Shown here piece by piece: positions 18,375 to 27,521 of a DNA stretch of 50,429 nucleotides. The number at the start of each line of letters is the position of its first letter. Position 1 is the stretch's first letter. The stretch is from a virus (Duplodnaviria; Caudoviricetes). A model generated the notes under the pieces. The model saw only the letters and a list, made by a program, of their open reading frames with translations. It was not told the DNA's origin and did no database searches. The position numbers and the translations under genes are program-made. The stretch is from the IMG/VR virus record IMGVR_UViG_3300021356_000031, positions 1 through 50,429 of that record, one strand, 5' to 3'.

Positions 18375-18685
18375 GAGAAGAATATAAAAAAGGCGGCAAA
18401 GCTAAAAAGAAAGATCCAAGACTAGCCCGTGCGGGTGTTACTGGATACAACAAGCCTAAAAGAACTCCTAAGCACCCCACAAAGTCTCATGTTGTTGTTG
18501 CAAAACAAGGAGATCAAATTAAAACAATTAGGTTTGGTCAGCAGGGTGTGAGGGGTGCTGGTAAAAATCCTAAAACTGCTAAAGATAAAGCTAGAAAAAA
18601 ATCTTACTATGCTCGCCATAATGCCCAAGATCCTAATCCGTCTAAGCTTTCGGCTCGTTATTGGTCACATCGCGTAAAATGGTAG
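18371..18685 (+). CDS. Small basic protein
   Basis: 104 aa; KTIRFGQQG...RKKSYYARH...SARYWS..KW; N-terminal REEYKKGG tag. Confidence 0.75.
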   Translation: MREEYKKGGKAKKKDPRLARAGVTGYNKPKRTPKHPTKSHVVVAKQGDQIKTIRFGQQGVRGAGKNPKTAKDKARKKSYYARHNAQDPNPSKLSARYWSHRVKW

Positions 18686-18888
18686 GCCCTGTATCTCCTG
18701 TATCTAACATGCTGTTAAGCAGCTACGTAGATACCCAAACAAAACATAATGTTGTTACTGATACTACTAATGGTACTAGTAGAATTGACACTACTGTATT
18801 TAGGACTGTGTATTATCAATATGATCACGGGACGATAAGTGTAAAAAATGTTAGCTCATCTTCTCAAAATTTAAATTTATTAGTTTAA
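18679..18888 (+). CDS. Hypothetical protein, last gene of the plus arm
   Basis: ATG overlaps the end of the upstream gene; MVGPVSPVSN...QNLNLLV. Confidence 0.5.
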   Translation: MVGPVSPVSNMLLSSYVDTQTKHNVVTDTTNGTSRIDTTVFRTVYYQYDHGTISVKNVSSSSQNLNLLV

Positions 18889-19036
18889 GACGTAACCATA
18901 AAGTAAAAAATAATATTATTAGCATTGGCTGTACCGCTACAAATATAATTAAATTAGATAGTTTATATCCCCATCCTGTTATTTCTCCAATAACTATTAA
19001 TATATTAACACAGATATTAAATAAATAATCTATCAT
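18851..19036 (-). CDS. Small membrane protein, last gene of the minus arm
   Basis: 61 aa with two hydrophobic segments; ATGA overlap with the upstream gene. Confidence 0.6.
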   Translation of the reverse strand: MIDYLFNICVNILIVIGEITGWGYKLSNLIIFVAVQPMLIILFFTLWLRLKLINLNFEKMS

Positions 19037-19239
19037 TTTAATGTCTCTAATTCTTCCTCTAATTCTTTGTGTAAATTTTTAAACTTTGGGTCAACCTTGG
19101 TGAGTATTTTTTCTATATAACAAAGATCAGGGCTGCTAAATATTTGCGCTAATTTATTTTGTGGTAATCTAGAATACTCAGTCATCAGAAGACCCTCAGA
19201 GTTAATAAATACTTTAAAACTTACTACGTTCCCCTCCAT
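19033..19239 (-). CDS. Hypothetical protein
   Basis: Likely start MEGNVVSF just after the nrdB stop. Confidence 0.6.
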   Translation of the reverse strand: MEGNVVSFKVFINSEGLLMTEYSRLPQNKLAQIFSSPDLCYIEKILTKVDPKFKNLHKELEEELETLK

Positions 19240-19240
19240 G

Positions 19241-20212
19241 TTATGCGACCTTGTTAAAAGAAACTTTACCAACGTCACCCCGTAGTCCAGCCTTCATGTA
19301 GGTGGTAGCTCTACCTTCAAAGAAGTTCTGATGCTCTACACCTAACACATCGTCCAGCCAGTTCAGTGGGTTATCCTTGACATTGTAGTTAGTCTTCAGC
19401 CCTAACTGTAGCAGCCTGCGGTCAGCAATGTACCTGATGTACTGTTGCATCTCCTTCTTGGTCAAGCCCGGTATGTCACCTTGCTCAAACACCAAGTCCA
19501 AGAATCTATCCTCTAGGTCAACCATCTCACGACATGCCTGATATATCTCAGCCTTGAAGTCATCAGTCCACAAGTCTATGTTCTCCTGAATAAACTCCCT
19601 GAATAGCTTTGTCATGGCTTCTACGTGCATGGATTCATCACGTATGCTGTACGTAATAATCTGCCCCATACCCTTCATCTTGCCAAACCGTGGGAAGTTA
19701 AGTAGGATGATAAAGCTAGAAAACAACTGTAAACCTTCAGTAAAACCTGAGTAGATAGCTAGTGCCTTAGCAATGGACTTCTTGTCGCCCTTAGTGACCT
19801 TCACAGCGTTGATGTACTCATGCTTGTCTGCCATAGCCTCATACTCTGCAAACGCCTTATACTCCACCTCTGGCATCCCTACAGTGTCCAGTAGCAGGCT
19901 GTAGGCATGTTGGTGTATGGACTCCATGTTGGCAAAGCTAGACATCATCATACGTGCTTCAGGTTTCTTGAAGATACGCATGTACCTATCGACATACCCA
20001 GCACCTACGTCTACATCGGATTGTGTAAACAGACGGAAGATTTGAGTCAGTAGATTTTTTTCTTCATCAGTCATTGTCTGCCAATCTTTGACATCATTGT
20101 GCAATGGCACATCCTCTGGGAACCAGTGCATCTGATTCTGTTGTGAGTAGTAGTCGAACATCCAAGGATGGTCAAACGGTTTGTAGTAATCTCTAGTGTC
20201 TAATAAGCTCAT
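19241..20212 (-). CDS. nrdB: Ribonucleotide reductase class Ia beta subunit
   Basis: HWFPEDV, ESIHQHAYS (radical Tyr), EGLQLFSSF, RDESMH and NFFE motifs. Confidence 0.97.
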   Translation of the reverse strand: MSLLDTRDYYKPFDHPWMFDYYSQQNQMHWFPEDVPLHNDVKDWQTMTDEEKNLLTQIFRLFTQSDVDVGAGYVDRYMRIFKKPEARMMMSSFANMESIHQHAYSLLLDTVGMPEVEYKAFAEYEAMADKHEYINAVKVTKGDKKSIAKALAIYSGFTEGLQLFSSFIILLNFPRFGKMKGMGQIITYSIRDESMHVEAMTKLFREFIQENIDLWTDDFKAEIYQACREMVDLEDRFLDLVFEQGDIPGLTKKEMQQYIRYIADRRLLQLGLKTNYNVKDNPLNWLDDVLGVEHQNFFEGRATTYMKAGLRGDVGKVSFNKVA

Positions 20213-20514
20213 GCAACATCTCCCTCTTTAATAAAAACACCATGAGTATTCATGTGTCCCTTTCTGTCTTTTATATCGTTGTATGCCACCTTTAAACATT
20301 CCTCAAGTGTCGTATCATTCATAATGGCTAAGGTGTTCAACACTACCAAGCAGTCACCGATGTCATCAGTAACGTCACGTTCCTTGGCTATGTTATCTCC
20401 TAACTCCCCCATCTCTGACACAAGCTTAGCAAATTGAGCAAGGGGTGTACTGTTGTTGATTATACCACGCTCCATAGACCAGAGGCTAATCAGGTGTATA
20501 AGTTCATCGCTCAT
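20209..20514 (-). CDS. MazG-like nucleotide pyrophosphohydrolase
   Basis: KLVSEMGEL...DDIGDCLVVL...AYNDIKDRKG...GVFIKE. Confidence 0.85.
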   Translation of the reverse strand: MSDELIHLISLWSMERGIINNSTPLAQFAKLVSEMGELGDNIAKERDVTDDIGDCLVVLNTLAIMNDTTLEECLKVAYNDIKDRKGHMNTHGVFIKEGDVA

Positions 20515-20671
20515 TCTTTTTGTTCTCCAAGTATTCTTCAAGTAGTCTAGTCAGTCCTATGTCAAGCAATAGCTGTACTGCTTGAGGGTCTAGGTCTAAC
20601 TCCATCTGAGCAGAACCATCTGCGTTCTCTGTAACTTTTTTGACAACTATTTTAGGAAGGTCATCGCTCAT
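20504..20671 (-). CDS. Hypothetical protein (55 aa, not in ORF track)
   Basis: MSDDLPKIVVKKVTENADGSAQMELDLDPQAVQLLLDIGLTRLLEEYLENKKNER fills the gap with short overlaps on both sides. Confidence 0.65.
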   Translation of the reverse strand: MSDDLPKIVVKKVTENADGSAQMELDLDPQAVQLLLDIGLTRLLEEYLENKKNER

Positions 20672-20882
20672 TAGTTTCGTACCCCGTGCTTATCAATGCC
20701 TGTTTAAATACTTCAAGCATATAAATTATATCTTTTAGATCTAATGATCCGCTTGACTTAGCTTTAAGAAGATTTTCATTATCCCAGCCAATAATTAGTA
20801 CTTCATTATATTCGCCTTTACAGTCTTCAAAAATCTCATCAGCCGTTGCTTGGTCAGGAACCATCTTTATAACATTACTCAT
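20661..20882 (-). CDS. Hypothetical protein
   Basis: MSNVIKM...EVLIIGWD; operonic. Confidence 0.65.
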   Translation of the reverse strand: MSNVIKMVPDQATADEIFEDCKGEYNEVLIIGWDNENLLKAKSSGSLDLKDIIYMLEVFKQALISTGYETNER

Positions 20883-21078
20883 TAAAGTGTGTCTCCAAAA
20901 CAATTAACTTGTCTTCTGCTTCAGCAATCTTGCCTACAAGAGCATCCATAGTCTCAACTAGATTACCATGTTCTCCCACGCCAACGGGATTGTCAATATA
21001 GTTCTGAACCTCTGCTTTATAAACTTCTATTTCAGCTTTGTATAAACGCATCATGGCGTTAATCTTGGGGTCTAGCAC
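20875..21078 (-). CDS. Hypothetical phage protein
   Basis: NPVGVGEHGNL motif, helical hairpin. Confidence 0.7.
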   Translation of the reverse strand: MLDPKINAMMRLYKAEIEVYKAEVQNYIDNPVGVGEHGNLVETMDALVGKIAEAEDKLIVLETHFNE

Positions 21079-21322
21079 TGTATCCCTCCTCCAGTAGTTC
21101 TTTATATTTGTTTAGGTACTCTTTGTAGCTCAAAGGTGCCTCCTTCTGTTTAATCTTGTCATTCATGTAGCTAGACCACATCTGCATACAGTAGGTACTG
21201 AACATCATAATCTTATCGTCCTGCTCCTTGTAGTACGCTAGGTACTCAGGCCACGTAACGTATTTCTGTAGCTCCTGTATATAGAACTGTGCTCTGTATA
21301 CTGGGTGTTCATCATCCTTCAC
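21059..21322 (-). CDS. Hypothetical protein
   Basis: 87 aa, operonic between nrdA and the downstream genes. Confidence 0.6.
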   Translation of the reverse strand: MKDDEHPVYRAQFYIQELQKYVTWPEYLAYYKEQDDKIMMFSTYCMQMWSSYMNDKIKQKEAPLSYKEYLNKYKELLEEGYSARPQD

Positions 21323-23195
21323 AGCTTAAACATTCTCCGTCTTCGAGGTTGATTCTGGGGATTTTAACATTAACATTCTCTGTATTTCTAGCTGCTGTAG
21401 AGCGCAGGTAATACATAGATTTGAGTTTGTTAGCTCCTGTCCAATGTACATGATTAACATATTCCAGATACTCATCGTGTACCTCCTGTGGGGCAGTAGA
21501 GGGTGGCGGCTCAAAGAACAGGTTTACTGACTGTGCTTGACAGACGTACTTTTGTCTTTGGTAGGCGTGTTCAATAATCCAGATCTGGTTAAGTTCCGGG
21601 GCCGTCTTAAATATGGCCTTCTCTTCTTCCGTGAGCGCCTCCAAGTCTTTAACAGAGCCTTCAGCAGCTGCAATATCTTTCCACGTTTTCTCTGTGTTGA
21701 TACCTTTGGTTTCAAGTAGTTCCTCCAGATACTTATTCTTTACTTTAAAAGATCCTGTTAAAGTTTTGTGCGTAAATACGTTAGCCCTTGTAGGCTCAAT
21801 AGAAGGGCTTGTTCCACCACATATAATACTAGAACTAGCGTTAGGGGCAATAGCAAGCAGATGGGAATTACGCAGGCCACTACGAGCCATGTCAGGAGCC
21901 TCCCCACGCTCTCTAGCCAAACTTCTGGAAGCCATCGTAGCTCTGTCTTTGATCGTTTTAAACGCTCTATTGTTGAAGCTGGAGGCGTACATTCCTTCAA
22001 AAGGGATTCCATTACGTTGAAGGTAACTATGAAAACCCATCGCTCCAAGGCCAATCGCCCGTTCTCTATATGCTGAATAAGCGGCTTTTGTAAACCCTGC
22101 TTTACTTTGTCTAACATAAGAATCAAACTCCTCTGGTTTTGAGTCTCCATGCCACGCATGTTCTCCACCCGTAGCGTTATCAATAAAGTGTTCAATGATG
22201 TTATCTAGCATAGTCACTAGGTCATCAATGAACTGTTCATCGTCCTTCCAATCATCAAAGTATTCTAGGTTAACACTAGACAAGCAACACACTGCTGTAC
22301 GTTGCTCACTGGTCGGTAAGGTAATCTCAGAGCATAAGTTACTCTGGCGTACCTCTAGACCTAGCTCCTTCTGTGAGGCTGGTAGAGCGTCATTGCAGCG
22401 GTCTAGGTTAACAATGTAGGGTTCACCTGTCTCTGCTCTGGTGTGTATTAGCTGCCACCACAAGTCCCTTGCTGATACAGTCTTGACTGCCTGCTTAGAC
22501 TTGGGGTCAACTAAACGCCACTGACCATCAGACATGACGGAGGCCAAGAACTCGTCTGTGATTGTAATACCATTGTGAAGGTTGAGACACTTACGATTAA
22601 GATCACCACCAGTAGTTTTTCGCATAGCGATAAATTCTTCAACCTCTGGATGGCTGATGTCCATGTAAGCTGCATAAGATCCTCTCCTTGTTATGCCTTG
22701 ATTGAAGGCGAGCATTTGACTGTCAACTACGTGCATGAAAGGGATGCTGCCAGTAGACTGACTGCCGTTAGAAGTAGAAACCCCATTGCTTCTAACATCA
22801 CCCCAATATCCACCCAAGCCTCCACCTCCACTCGCCAGCCAAATATTCTCATCATAGTGATCAGATAAACCACGCCTTGAATCAGGAACATAATTAAGAA
22901 AACAGCTAATAGGGAGGCCACGGCTGGTTCCCCCGTTACTAAGTATAGGAGTGCTAAAACCGAACCAACTCTTACTTGCGTAATCGTAAAGTCGCTGTGC
23001 AAGATTGTAGTCAGTGTGTCCTTGATACGTTGCGCCATAGACGGACGCTCTGGCGAATGCTTCTTGGGCATGTGTCTCGTCCTTCCATAAATATCTATCT
23101 TTAATTGTTTCTAAAGAAAAACTATCTAAATTACTTTCTAAATCGTAATCAATCTGAATCCCTAAATAATCCTGCTTCCCAATTTTTGATGTCAT
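21312..23195 (-). CDS. nrdA: Ribonucleotide reductase class I alpha subunit (no ATP cone)
   Basis: STPILSN, PISCF, QSNLCSEI, AIAPNASSS, QAQSVNLF, KSMYYLRS and C-terminal CLSCEG. Confidence 0.97.
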   Translation of the reverse strand: MTSKIGKQDYLGIQIDYDLESNLDSFSLETIKDRYLWKDETHAQEAFARASVYGATYQGHTDYNLAQRLYDYASKSWFGFSTPILSNGGTSRGLPISCFLNYVPDSRRGLSDHYDENIWLASGGGGLGGYWGDVRSNGVSTSNGSQSTGSIPFMHVVDSQMLAFNQGITRRGSYAAYMDISHPEVEEFIAMRKTTGGDLNRKCLNLHNGITITDEFLASVMSDGQWRLVDPKSKQAVKTVSARDLWWQLIHTRAETGEPYIVNLDRCNDALPASQKELGLEVRQSNLCSEITLPTSEQRTAVCCLSSVNLEYFDDWKDDEQFIDDLVTMLDNIIEHFIDNATGGEHAWHGDSKPEEFDSYVRQSKAGFTKAAYSAYRERAIGLGAMGFHSYLQRNGIPFEGMYASSFNNRAFKTIKDRATMASRSLARERGEAPDMARSGLRNSHLLAIAPNASSSIICGGTSPSIEPTRANVFTHKTLTGSFKVKNKYLEELLETKGINTEKTWKDIAAAEGSVKDLEALTEEEKAIFKTAPELNQIWIIEHAYQRQKYVCQAQSVNLFFEPPPSTAPQEVHDEYLEYVNHVHWTGANKLKSMYYLRSTAARNTENVNVKIPRINLEDGECLSCEG

Positions 23196-23334
23196 ACCTA
23201 TCATCCTTTTCATTCAGCTGCTCTTTTCGATAACCTTTACTTCGAGCTTTATTTTTAGATCTTTTCTTTTTATTAAATTTAGCTACCCGCTCCGCCTTTC
23301 TATCGTAGCTGCTCACTGGGATGCTCCAACTCAT
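23149..23334 (-). CDS. Small basic hypothetical protein
   Basis: Fills the gap between the DUF3310 gene and nrdA; start uncertain. Confidence 0.5.
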   Translation of the reverse strand: MSWSIPVSSYDRKAERVAKFNKKKRSKNKARSKGYRKEQLNEKDDRYDIKNWEAGLFRDSD

Positions 23335-23653
23335 AGTTCAGAAGACGATCTTCATACCATCTTGCTTTTCTAAGATCCTCAACAGGTTTTCCTTTATACC
23401 GAAAGCGCCAGCGATACTTTAAAGAATTACCACGTAGATAACCAATGTACTCATCGTGCGTAAGCATACCTTTAATAGCATCAATACACTCCATTCCACT
23501 ATTGTTATAATGCTCTGGTCGGTTAACTACATCGTAGCTCTTAGCCATAGCCTCCTCAGAGAACACTGGATGCTCGTTAAGTGCATCGTCCTCTTCTACT
23601 GTCTTAAATGACATCTTGTTCCACTCCTCTGGTGTTATGTTATCAATGCTCAT
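23300..23653 (-). CDS. DUF3310 / T7 gp1.7-like nucleotide kinase
   Basis: DVVNRPEHY...ECIDAI...GYLRGNSLKYRWR..YKG..EDLRKARWY. Confidence 0.85.
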   Translation of the reverse strand: MSIDNITPEEWNKMSFKTVEEDDALNEHPVFSEEAMAKSYDVVNRPEHYNNSGMECIDAIKGMLTHDEYIGYLRGNSLKYRWRFRYKGKPVEDLRKARWYEDRLLNYELEHPSEQLR

Positions 23654-24162
23654 GGCATCTCCACTTTTAATTTATCGTTACGCTTCTTATACTCTTCAGT
23701 TTCTCTAGCTTTAACATCAATCCAATTATCAGGTATGCTGTCTTCACTAAACCATCTGAAACCATTAGTTCCTGCCCACTCAGCGTGAGATCTTTTTGTT
23801 CCGTCTTTACGGCGCTTTGCTCCCGGCATTGGGGCTGAAGGATTGGCAAATAAAAAAACAAGCTCTGTATCTTTAGGTAAAATTTTCTTTACCCAAATAT
23901 ATTTATTATATTCTTGAAAGTCCCAGAACCTACCTTTAGATTCAAGCAATATTTTCTTACCGTCAATCACACGAACAAAGTCTGGTTCATAGGTGTGTTT
24001 AATAATGTAATCAACTTTATCAGTATGGTGGCTCCAATCTTTTAAAATTGACTCATGAAGGACGGCTTCCCAAATAGAATCATATTTGTCACCGTTGGGA
24101 GCTAGAAGTTTGGGAGGGCGGGGTACTCTTTTTTTACGTGCGCCAGATTTAACGTGCGCCAT
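23650..24162 (-). CDS. Endonuclease I-like Holliday junction resolvase (T7 gp3-like)
   Basis: YDSIWE...HTYEPDF...LESKGRF...SHAEWA...GFRW. Confidence 0.85.
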   Translation of the reverse strand: MAHVKSGARKKRVPRPPKLLAPNGDKYDSIWEAVLHESILKDWSHHTDKVDYIIKHTYEPDFVRVIDGKKILLESKGRFWDFQEYNKYIWVKKILPKDTELVFLFANPSAPMPGAKRRKDGTKRSHAEWAGTNGFRWFSEDSIPDNWIDVKARETEEYKKRNDKLKVEMP

Positions 24163-24445
24163 GAATATACTTCTTATAATTATTATTAAAGATATTGAAA
24201 TCAATATCGTCTATCTTGTAACCATCCTTAATCATTTTTTTGAGGACAGTCACTACCCACTTCTTTGTGTAGATACTAAGATATAAAGTCTTGTTACTGT
24301 AAATATATTCTTGTTGTGCTAGGAATTGATCTACATTGTTTATATTTATCTTCTCTTTTTCTTCGTCTGGCACAAGCGTATGCAGCCAGCTACAAAGTAT
24401 TTCAAGACTTTTAGATCTAATGCGCTTCATTATTTTACTATTCAA
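24149..24445 (-). CDS. Hypothetical protein
   Basis: 98 aa, operonic. Confidence 0.65.
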   Translation of the reverse strand: MNSKIMKRIRSKSLEILCSWLHTLVPDEEKEKININNVDQFLAQQEYIYSNKTLYLSIYTKKWVVTVLKKMIKDGYKIDDIDFNIFNNNYKKYIHGAR

Positions 24446-25332
24446 ATAGATACTTCCTCTACTCTAGGTGGCGAAACAACCTTAGTCAAATAGGTAAGAC
24501 CTTTAGAGTATTTAAATACTCGAAGCCCATGACCATTATTGCTATCCGACCAACAATCATATTTATGGGGACAAAAGACGCATTGCCTGCTTAGTTTTTC
24601 ATTCCCTTTTGCGCCTTCAGGTATAGGATTATAACACTTCTCAGGCGGCGTGTCAAGTTTAATAGCTTTCTTTACATTTTTTATTTGACTTTTAATAGTG
24701 GGCTTGTCCATGTCATCTGGTCTAAATAAACAAAGCTCACCATTTTCTTTGTTTATCACAAGAAAGCCGCCAGCATTTGTGCCCTCATGAGCTTCATATC
24801 CAGTGAGTTGAGACAGGTATCCGAAGTCATCCTGTTCTGCTAAAGTTCCCTCTGCAAACTTTTTAAATGCAAAACCTGAAGCAGTTTTTATGTCAACAAC
24901 CTCGCCATCTATTTTGCAGTCCATGTGTCCCGTGATCCCCTCAACAACTACTTCTTTTTGTTCATCTGTTACAGTGTGCCCAGATAGCTTTACTAAAATA
25001 AGTAGTAGTTCTTCTAAGATATGACCGTATAAAAACTTTATTTGAGTAGAGGCAGAGTGAGTCCCTGTAGCCTGCTGGCTCCTCATATCATACCACAACT
25101 GTCGCGCAGGCTTGCCCACGTTACTCATACGGAGGCCCTTAGTTTGCTTTTTTGGTGTGGCCCAGTGAGCCAAAGCAGACTTCATCCTTTCGCCAAAATC
25201 ATAAATTAAATCATCTGATAATTTAATATCTTTGCCTTCAGACAAAACATTTATTGCAGAATAAATATCTTCGATCAAAGTATCTAAGTTTTTAGAAGAG
25301 TTCAAGTTGCACCCCATTAGAAAATAATTCAT
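24442..25332 (-). CDS. PD-(D/E)xK exonuclease (Cas4/RecB-like fold)
   Basis: LRMSNVGKPARQLWY, GHMDCKIDGEVVDIKT, YLSQLTGY, CVFCPHKYDCW. Confidence 0.85.
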   Translation of the reverse strand: MNYFLMGCNLNSSKNLDTLIEDIYSAINVLSEGKDIKLSDDLIYDFGERMKSALAHWATPKKQTKGLRMSNVGKPARQLWYDMRSQQATGTHSASTQIKFLYGHILEELLLILVKLSGHTVTDEQKEVVVEGITGHMDCKIDGEVVDIKTASGFAFKKFAEGTLAEQDDFGYLSQLTGYEAHEGTNAGGFLVINKENGELCLFRPDDMDKPTIKSQIKNVKKAIKLDTPPEKCYNPIPEGAKGNEKLSRQCVFCPHKYDCWSDSNNGHGLRVFKYSKGLTYLTKVVSPPRVEEVSI

Positions 25333-25819
25333 CTAGGATTTCGATAGCGACGGGGTGTTGAATGTAGAACCACTCGCCCTTACGCCCATGTGACTTAGCT
25401 AGAAGCTCGTGTGCGTCCTTCTCAGCGGTTCGTCGGTCATCAGTATCATATGCCTTGATTAGCTTGTAGTCTCTGTAGGGAGAGCTAGTCTGATACTGCT
25501 TGAGCCTATCCTCTGCGTCCACAGCCATCCCTACTTTGCACCAGCCCGGAAATGCTGGGTTGACAATGATGTAGACTTGACCCTCCTTCATTGTCTCATA
25601 GGCTCCCAAGGCGCTGAAGGCAGCGTCCCCTAGAGTCTTGTACCGTCCGGGCTTATGCAACGGATGGAACTTAGAAATTTCTTTACCATTTACCCACATT
25701 CTACGAGCATCCCTAGCTTTCACAGCGTTAGGATTATCTTTGTAGTACATAGGTTTACCAGTTTTAGGATTGATTTTAGTGTGTTTCAGCCCAGTTGTTC
25801 CCGACATTGTATTCTCCAT
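25292..25819 (-). CDS. GIY-YIG (T5orf172-type) nuclease-domain protein
   Basis: GQVYIIVNPAFPGWCKVGMA...RLKQYQT...GEWF. Confidence 0.8.
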   Translation of the reverse strand: MENTMSGTTGLKHTKINPKTGKPMYYKDNPNAVKARDARRMWVNGKEISKFHPLHKPGRYKTLGDAAFSALGAYETMKEGQVYIIVNPAFPGWCKVGMAVDAEDRLKQYQTSSPYRDYKLIKAYDTDDRRTAEKDAHELLAKSHGRKGEWFYIQHPVAIEILDELFSNGVQLELF

Positions 25820-27521
25820 CTAAAGGACATTTTAATTTTAAAGCTAGACCAGCTTCTCGTATCGCCTCAACACCTAGTTTACCTACAGTGTCAGCACTCA
25901 TTTGTTCTGTCTCAACCTGCCATTCATCATGAACATTAGCTACAACATGGGCATCAATATCTTTTATTTTTTCTTCAAAGATAATCAAAGCTTTCTTCAT
26001 AACTATTGCACCAGCACTCTGCAATAAAGTATTGAGTGCAGCGTGTTCAGATCTTACTATTAGTTTTCTACCATCTATACCTTTGATGCTTCCTTTTTTA
26101 GCCGCTCTTCCAACTCTATCTTTAAGAGTTTTGAATGATGGTAGATTATCGAAGAAAGATTTTCTAAGTCTCGCACCAACTTCTCTACCTCCCCCAGCCA
26201 CTGTGCCAAGCTTAGGATCTCCTGCTCCGTATAGGAGGGCATAGATGAAAGTTTTTGCCTGATTTCTTGATTCAAGTCCCGCAAGTCGTTGGTTAGTTGT
26301 GTGGATGTCTCCATTAATGATTTCATTTTTGTAGTCTTCATCCTCCATGTAGTGGGCTAACATTCTTAATTCAAGACCGCTTGCATCTATACCGACCAGT
26401 TTATAACCTTCAGGAACTATCCAACACTCTCTACATTCTTTTCCATACGGAGAAGAAAGACTAGGAATTTGTGCCATATTGGGACTGTTGTGTGTCATCC
26501 TACCCGTAATAGTACCATTAGAGTTTACATAGCCATGCACTCTGTCATCATCACCACTTTCTTTTATCCAAGATTTTACAGCAGCAATGCGCTTCTGCAA
26601 CATTAAATACTTAGAGATCAGTTCGGCTTGCGGTATATTTTTTATTTTACTTAATACTTTCTCATCCACTATCGGCTGCCCTGTGGGTGTAAACTTTTTA
26701 GGTTTCCATCCAAAGTCTTGTAGATATTCGCCTATCTGCTTACGAGATCCTAAGTTAAAGGGATGCCTAATAGTTCGTTTTATTTTTTTATCTCTGCATA
26801 TTATTTTGTACTCAGCCTCATTAAGTCTTACGCGAGTACCTAACTCTCTGCACTTTGCAAATTTAGAAACAGCCCCATCAGCATTGTAGCATATCCGCAG
26901 TGTAAATACCTCTTCTTTAGGCTTGAACTCTTTCTGAACTTCTCTTTTAATCACTTCGATGTTTTCTTCTAGTTCAGCCTGTAAGGAGAGGACATGCTGC
27001 CAATCTAATAAGAATCCTTTGTCTCTTTGTTTATTTAACAGAGCATACACTTTCTGCTCTATATCTACAGATTGTGCTGAGAAACCCTTAGCCTCAGTCT
27101 TTAGTATCTTGTATACTTTAGCATTTAAAAGCACATCGTTAACACAATATTTTAGCATCTCATTTGAGTACTGACTAAAATCTTCATGGTCTAACTTACG
27201 TTGCCCTAGCTTCATACCCCAAGATCCAAGGCTGTGTCCGCCTTCTCTAGTGGGATTTATCAGCCTAGACAATACTAGTGTATCCCGAAGGATACACTTT
27301 TCAGACAGGTCTACACCATAAAGATCTTTTATTACGGGTATATCAAAGCCAATGATATTGTGACCTATAAGTTTATCTGCCTTACTTAGCAAATCAACAC
27401 CTTCTTGTAATTCAGATGGTGTAAACTTATAGATTACATCATTGTCTATGTCATACGCTACAATACAAAAGATAACTGAATAGTCTAGCCCGTCAGTTTC
27501 AATGTCAAATACTAAATTCAA
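25776..27521 (-). CDS. DNA polymerase family A with 3'-5' exonuclease (T7-like)
   Basis: FDIETDG, GHNIIGFD, DASGLELR (motif A), RNQAKTFIYALLYG (motif B), VHDE (motif C). Confidence 0.97.
   Translation of the reverse strand: MNLVFDIETDGLDYSVIFCIVAYDIDNDVIYKFTPSELQEGVDLLSKADKLIGHNIIGFDIPVIKDLYGVDLSEKCILRDTLVLSRLINPTREGGHSLGSWGMKLGQRKLDHEDFSQYSNEMLKYCVNDVLLNAKVYKILKTEAKGFSAQSVDIEQKVYALLNKQRDKGFLLDWQHVLSLQAELEENIEVIKREVQKEFKPKEEVFTLRICYNADGAVSKFAKCRELGTRVRLNEAEYKIICRDKKIKRTIRHPFNLGSRKQIGEYLQDFGWKPKKFTPTGQPIVDEKVLSKIKNIPQAELISKYLMLQKRIAAVKSWIKESGDDDRVHGYVNSNGTITGRMTHNSPNMAQIPSLSSPYGKECRECWIVPEGYKLVGIDASGLELRMLAHYMEDEDYKNEIINGDIHTTNQRLAGLESRNQAKTFIYALLYGAGDPKLGTVAGGGREVGARLRKSFFDNLPSFKTLKDRVGRAAKKGSIKGIDGRKLIVRSEHAALNTLLQSAGAIVMKKALIIFEEKIKDIDAHVVANVHDEWQVETEQMSADTVGKLGVEAIREAGLALKLKCPLDGEYNVGNNWAETH

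Noticed and set aside
21326-23071. Numerous alternative-frame and antisense ORFs inside nrdA (likewise within pol, portal, fibre and ejection genes)
   Set aside because: Shadow ORFs of long genes, with no SD sites or recognisable motifs.
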